The position numbers and the translations under genes are program-made. A DNA stretch of 12,014 nt from Nitrospira japonica (lineage in GTDB: Bacteria > Nitrospirota > Thermodesulfovibrionia > Thermodesulfovibrionales > SM23-35). The notes under the pieces were generated by a model. The model ran no database searches and was not told the DNA's origin. It saw only the letters and a program-made list of their open reading frames with translations. How positions within the stretch are numbered: the first letter of the stretch is position 1; each line of letters starts with the position of its first letter. Shown piece after piece: positions 8,746-12,014 of this stretch. The stretch lies in NCBI GenBank assembly GCA_020725385.1, contig DYFC01000005.1, forward strand, positions 1 through 12,014, given 5' to 3'.

Positions 8746-8904
8746 ATGTGTTGCCATAATAAAGATAAGCATGAGCACGAGCATGAGCATAAGGAAATAA
8801 CTCATACTCACGATGGTCATGAACATAAACATTTAGCTGAAAAACATTCTCACGAACATGTGCATGATGACCATCACAAGCACGACCATAAGTGCTGTCA
8901 CTAA
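8746..8904 (+). CDS. 52-aa His-rich putative metal-binding peptide (Hpn-like composition); absent from the ORF track
   Basis: Manual translation: MCCHNKDKHEHEHEHKEITHTHDGHEHKHLAEKHSHEHVHDDHHKHDHKCCH*. 19 His and two Cys-Cys pairs. Very strong RBS AAGGAGGTGAT (8730-8740) 5 nt before the ATG. Confidence 0.88.
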   Translation: MCCHNKDKHEHEHEHKEITHTHDGHEHKHLAEKHSHEHVHDDHHKHDHKCCH

Positions 8905-8929
8905 AGGGAAGCCATAGAGTTTAAGGAAT

Positions 8930-8990
8930 AAGCCACGAAGGCGAAAACCGTATCAGAAGATTCGGGAAAGTATTCGTGGCTTCCCTTTTT
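8930..8990 (+). terminator. Partial third copy of the leader element (P2 plus terminator, no clear P1)
   Basis: AAGCCACGAAGGC (8930-8942) retains the GCC-ACGAA-GGC hairpin. 8930-8939 pairs with TTCGTGGCTT (8973-8982), followed by CCCTTTTT. It lies between convergent genes. Confidence 0.65.
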
Positions 8991-9018
8991 ATAACATCCT
9001 GCCGTTTTTCCAAAAAGT

Positions 9019-9067
9019 ATTCAAAAATCAAAGATTTCCTGACAAGGAAGAAAAGAATTTTATTTTA
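9019..9067 (+). repeat. 49-bp direct repeat, copy B (methyltransferase-derived fragment)
   Basis: 48/49 identity to 746-794. Its last 3 nt are the stop codon of the minus-strand radical SAM gene. Confidence 0.92.
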
Positions 9068-10057
9068 CGGTTGAAAAAACTTTGATGGACCTGTAAGGAC
9101 TTTCCATTCAGCTTCGTTAAATAATTCTCTGCATTGTTGTACTGTCAATCCTCTTTTCCCTTCTGTATCTTTTTCAGTATCACGTGGATTTGAGCCAGAC
9201 TCTGCCCAGATTAAATTTGCCCCTGCAGAAATACTTATAACATTGGGTTCATGAGTACAGTTTCCGGGTATGCTGTAACCTGTTGCTAATCGCACGACTG
9301 CAACTATATGAGCCATTTTTGCCTCGCTTAATTTCCCGTATTTTTCTTTTTCTGTACCGGGTATCGGTATCCTTCGCATTGCTCCACTAAAAGCCGGCTT
9401 TATTTCTCTGGTTATGATTGTCTTCTCTACAAGTTCATCAACTGAATGTTCTTTACCTATGGGTTCTACACATGTGCCGATAGTTAAACCTGCTGCCCTG
9501 GCATTTTTAAAAGTTTGTATTCTTTTTTCAGGTGGTATTTTTGTATCCTTACCTTCACCCATCCGTACAGCATGATATATTCCTGAAAAACCAGAATCTT
9601 TCAACTTAAAAGCCTGTTTTTCAGAAAAGTCATCAACATTAGCAATAAGGATTGTATCGGGTCTTAAAGATTTTCTAACCTCCTGTGATATATCTATGAA
9701 TTTTTCAAAAGCATATCTTGCTGTTGACATAAGATAGATTGCATTAGCGCCGTCATTTTCGAACTCCATTGAACGTTTAACTACTTCTTCAACGGATAGT
9801 TCAATGGTTTCATTAAAAACCTTGTTACATGATGCAAAAGAACAAAATTTGCAGTTGCGTGGACATCGTGCTATATCAAGTCCAACCTGAGCATGAACTT
9901 CGGCAAAGCCATTCGAAGCATTTTCGCACATCTGCCTCGAAGCAGATTGAATCATGGCCCATTCGTAAGAGAATAAAGGTACTTTGAATAAGAGTTTTAT
10001 TTCTTCCGGATTGAGAATAATACCTGACAGAGCTTTTTTTATAATTTTCTTTATCAT
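9065..10057 (-). CDS. Radical SAM protein, biotin synthase-like subfamily (probably not true BioB)
   Basis: 330 aa. CxxxCxxC motif CPRNCKFC, RRIPIPGT, VAVVRL and GANLIWAE resemble BioB/HydE/PylB-like enzymes. The BioB YNHN motif is replaced by YHAV. Confidence 0.87.
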   Translation of the reverse strand: MIKKIIKKALSGIILNPEEIKLLFKVPLFSYEWAMIQSASRQMCENASNGFAEVHAQVGLDIARCPRNCKFCSFASCNKVFNETIELSVEEVVKRSMEFENDGANAIYLMSTARYAFEKFIDISQEVRKSLRPDTILIANVDDFSEKQAFKLKDSGFSGIYHAVRMGEGKDTKIPPEKRIQTFKNARAAGLTIGTCVEPIGKEHSVDELVEKTIITREIKPAFSGAMRRIPIPGTEKEKYGKLSEAKMAHIVAVVRLATGYSIPGNCTHEPNVISISAGANLIWAESGSNPRDTEKDTEGKRGLTVQQCRELFNEAEWKVLTGPSKFFQP

Positions 10058-10137
10058 ACGTTATAGTAATTAAAATAACCTTTCAAATGAAATAAAATCT
10101 AATTGATTTAAATAATATATTTTAGATTAGAAATAGA

Positions 10138-10314
10138 TTATATGAATTCTAAGGGAGGTATGCCTACTTTTTGAAGTATTAATTTTATAATTTTCTTTGC
10201 ATCTCTTTTATCCTTTGCTACAAAGGGTCTCTTTTTTCTTACTACCCATGGCTTGTTACCCTTAACCTGCTGGTGATGTCCTAACCTGAATGAGGGATTA
10301 CAATTGACAGACAA
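10138..10314 (-). pseudogene. Possible HicA-like toxin remnant / small ORF lacking an ATG
   Basis: Open frame 10374-10138 on the minus strand ending ...GHHQQVKGNKPWVVRKKRPFVAKDKRDAKKIIKLILQKVGIPPLEFI*. The C-terminus resembles HicA (IL.QAGI...EF). Only a TTG start is available and there is no RBS. Confidence 0.2.
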
Positions 10315-10501
10315 CGTTTTTGATGATATGCTTTTTTGTAACTTGCTGGGTTTATATTGATTTTTAATAGTATTTTAACAAAGAGCGGAGAATTATCGTA
10401 TGAAAAAGACTTTGCTCATTAAACATAGGAATCAATTGTTTGTTGATCGCTTATATGTTCCTATCTCCAATAGACTCATTAATTTCTGTTAAAATAAAAA
10501 C

Positions 10502-11644
10502 ATGAGAAAAAAGATTTTCGAATTATCTCTTTTCATTTTTGTTCTCTCTTTAATTTTCATTTCGGGAAATACTATCGCAGATTCAATTGATATATCGGTA
10601 GCTGATGGTGACAGAGTTGGTGTTGAAGTTTGGATAGGAGGGCTTGAGATACCATGGTCTCTTAAATTTCTTCCAGACGGAAGAGCCCTTGTAAGTGAAA
10701 GACCCGGCCGGATCAGATTGATCAAAAATGGAATCCTTCAAAAAAACCCTTATGCAGAAATAGACGTTGCTCATGTAGGAGAAGGAGGGCTTTTGGGATT
10801 AGCTGTCCATACCGAATTTCCTATAAAGCCTTATATATATGCAATGCACACATATAAAAAAGGCAACTCGCTTTTAAACAGGGTAATAAGACTCAAAGAT
10901 ATGGGAGATCGAGGAAAATTTGACAAAGTGATTATTGATAATATTCCCGGTGGCAGATTTCATAATGGTGGACGGATTGAATTTGGACCTGATGGAATGC
11001 TCTATATAACGACTGGTGAGATTTTTGATTCAAATCTTGCGCAAGATCTGAAGTCGCTTGGAGGAAAAATCTTGCGCGTTACTCCAGAGGGTGAAATTCC
11101 GCAAGACAATCCATTTAAAGATTCACCTATTTATTCGTATGGACACAGAAACCCACAGGGTCTTGCATGGTATCCTGAAACAGGTGAACTCTTCTCCTCA
11201 GAACACGGACCTTCCGGAGAATTCCTCAGATTCGGCAACGACGAGATAAATTTAATTAAAAAAGGTGGAAATTACGGATGGCCTGAGGTGATAGGTATCA
11301 AGAAAAAGACACCCTATGTTGATCCACTGATATTATGGGAAAAGACAACCCCTCCATCAGGTATGACTTTTTACAGTGCTAATAAATTGTCGCATCTTAA
11401 AAATGACCTCTTCGTGGCGACCTTAAGAAGTGAATGCATAGTAAGAATAAAGCTTTTAAAGTCTTCAAATGGTTTCAAAGTATTGAGGATGGAAAGGTGG
11501 TTTGAGAATAAATATGGAAGGATAAGAGATGTTGTTCAGGGTACTGACGGGCTTATCTATTTTTTGACGAATAACAGGGATGGAAGAGGAAAGCCCCGAG
11601 ATGGCGACGACAGAATTTATAGAATAATACCCCTCACAAAATAG
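10502..11644 (+). CDS. PQQ-dependent sugar dehydrogenase (glucose/sorbosone dehydrogenase, GSDH family), exported
   Basis: 380 aa. Signal peptide, GLEIPW, VSERPGRI, GEGGLLG, HNGGRIEFGPDGMLY, GHRNPQG, GGNYGWP and GRIRDV. Confidence 0.92.
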   Translation: MRKKIFELSLFIFVLSLIFISGNTIADSIDISVADGDRVGVEVWIGGLEIPWSLKFLPDGRALVSERPGRIRLIKNGILQKNPYAEIDVAHVGEGGLLGLAVHTEFPIKPYIYAMHTYKKGNSLLNRVIRLKDMGDRGKFDKVIIDNIPGGRFHNGGRIEFGPDGMLYITTGEIFDSNLAQDLKSLGGKILRVTPEGEIPQDNPFKDSPIYSYGHRNPQGLAWYPETGELFSSEHGPSGEFLRFGNDEINLIKKGGNYGWPEVIGIKKKTPYVDPLILWEKTTPPSGMTFYSANKLSHLKNDLFVATLRSECIVRIKLLKSSNGFKVLRMERWFENKYGRIRDVVQGTDGLIYFLTNNRDGRGKPRDGDDRIYRIIPLTK

Positions 11645-11744
11645 ATTTTTTAAAATATTTCTATTTCGAATTTCTTTTGATAGCTTGAATGCTTATTAAA
11701 TAACTTTCTTTAAAAAACCAAGATTTAGTAAATGATGCTTAAAC

Positions 11745-11774
11745 TTGACAAAAATTACACATATCAGGTACTTT
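11745..11774 (+). promoter_or_regulatory. sigma70-type promoter, -35 TTGACA (11745-11750) and -10 TACTTT (11769-11774)
   Basis: Perfect -35 and 18-nt spacer, same layout as 20-49, immediately before leader copy 2. Confidence 0.7.
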
Positions 11775-11782
11775 AATTAAAA

Positions 11783-11864
11783 CTACGGGCAAGAAGTTCG
11801 TAGCAGAAAGAGAATAGTAAACCACGAAGGTTTTGTGCTTAATGACATGCTTTCGTGGTTTTTT
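11783..11864 (+). ncRNA. Structured RNA element (twin ANGAA-pentaloop hairpins plus overlapping terminator), copy 2
   Basis: P1 CTACGGGC-AAGAA-GTTCGTAG (11783-11803), P2 AAACC-ACGAA-GGTTT (11819-11833), terminator stem 11819-11831/11849-11861 with T-tract to 11864. Confidence 0.7.
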
Positions 11865-12014
11865 ATTTAACCCAAGAAATGCAGATATTGCTCAAAAATT
11901 TATTTAACTCGATGATTCTTATATCAAAAGATATTTTTTGGTTATATAAAAAAAGTTCATGGTAAATCATCTTTAAACGTACACTAAGGTATCGAAAAAT
12001 AAATTTTTTCGCAA

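Noticed and set aside
8769-8790. Tandem GCATGA/GCACGA repeats as a CRISPR or VNTR
   Set aside because: Explained by His-Glu codon repeats in the peptide gene; no spacer structure.
8425-8832. 135-aa minus-strand ORF with a Met/Leu-rich start
   Set aside because: Antisense shadow of the His-rich gene (CAT codons read as ATG) and of the NikL-like gene.
10400-10492. 30-aa + strand ORF (MKKTLLIKHRNQ...) after GGAG
   Set aside because: Weak RBS and no distinctive composition; cannot be supported.
266-11249. Other short ORFs nested in long CDSs (266-532, 1267-1482, 4014-4247, 5426-5614, 6511-6735, 7030-7239, 7784-7999, 10489-10725, 10583-10774, 11058-11249)
   Set aside because: Antisense or off-frame overlaps of well-supported genes with no independent evidence.
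11863-12012. Minus-strand open frame running in from the window edge
   Set aside because: Only 49 codons with no recognisable motif; not called as a CDS without flanking sequence.

Overview
AT-rich window from a diderm bacterium (TonB-dependent receptors, lipoprotein). It holds a metal/cofactor acquisition region, probably nickel/cobalt related. On the + strand: a SAM methyltransferase, TonB-dependent receptor 1 and a family-5 ABC solute-binding lipoprotein; then TonB-dependent receptor 2, a DUF4198/NikK-like protein, a NikL/CbiL-like protein and an un-called 52-aa His-rich peptide with CCH motifs at both ends. A convergent BioB-like radical SAM gene and a PQQ-dependent sugar dehydrogenase follow. 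The most striking unexplained signal is a recurring structured RNA element: two small hairpins with A-N-G-A-A pentaloops, the second overlapping the 5' arm of an intrinsic terminator. Two complete copies (57-160, 11783-11864) show compensatory base changes and each lies just after a TTGACA-N18-TAnnTT promoter; a partial third copy is at 8930-8990. The layout suggests a protein-dependent antitermination switch, ANTAR-like but with different loops. There is also a 48/49-bp direct repeat (746-794 and 9019-9067). All calls come from manual motif reading; no database searches were run.
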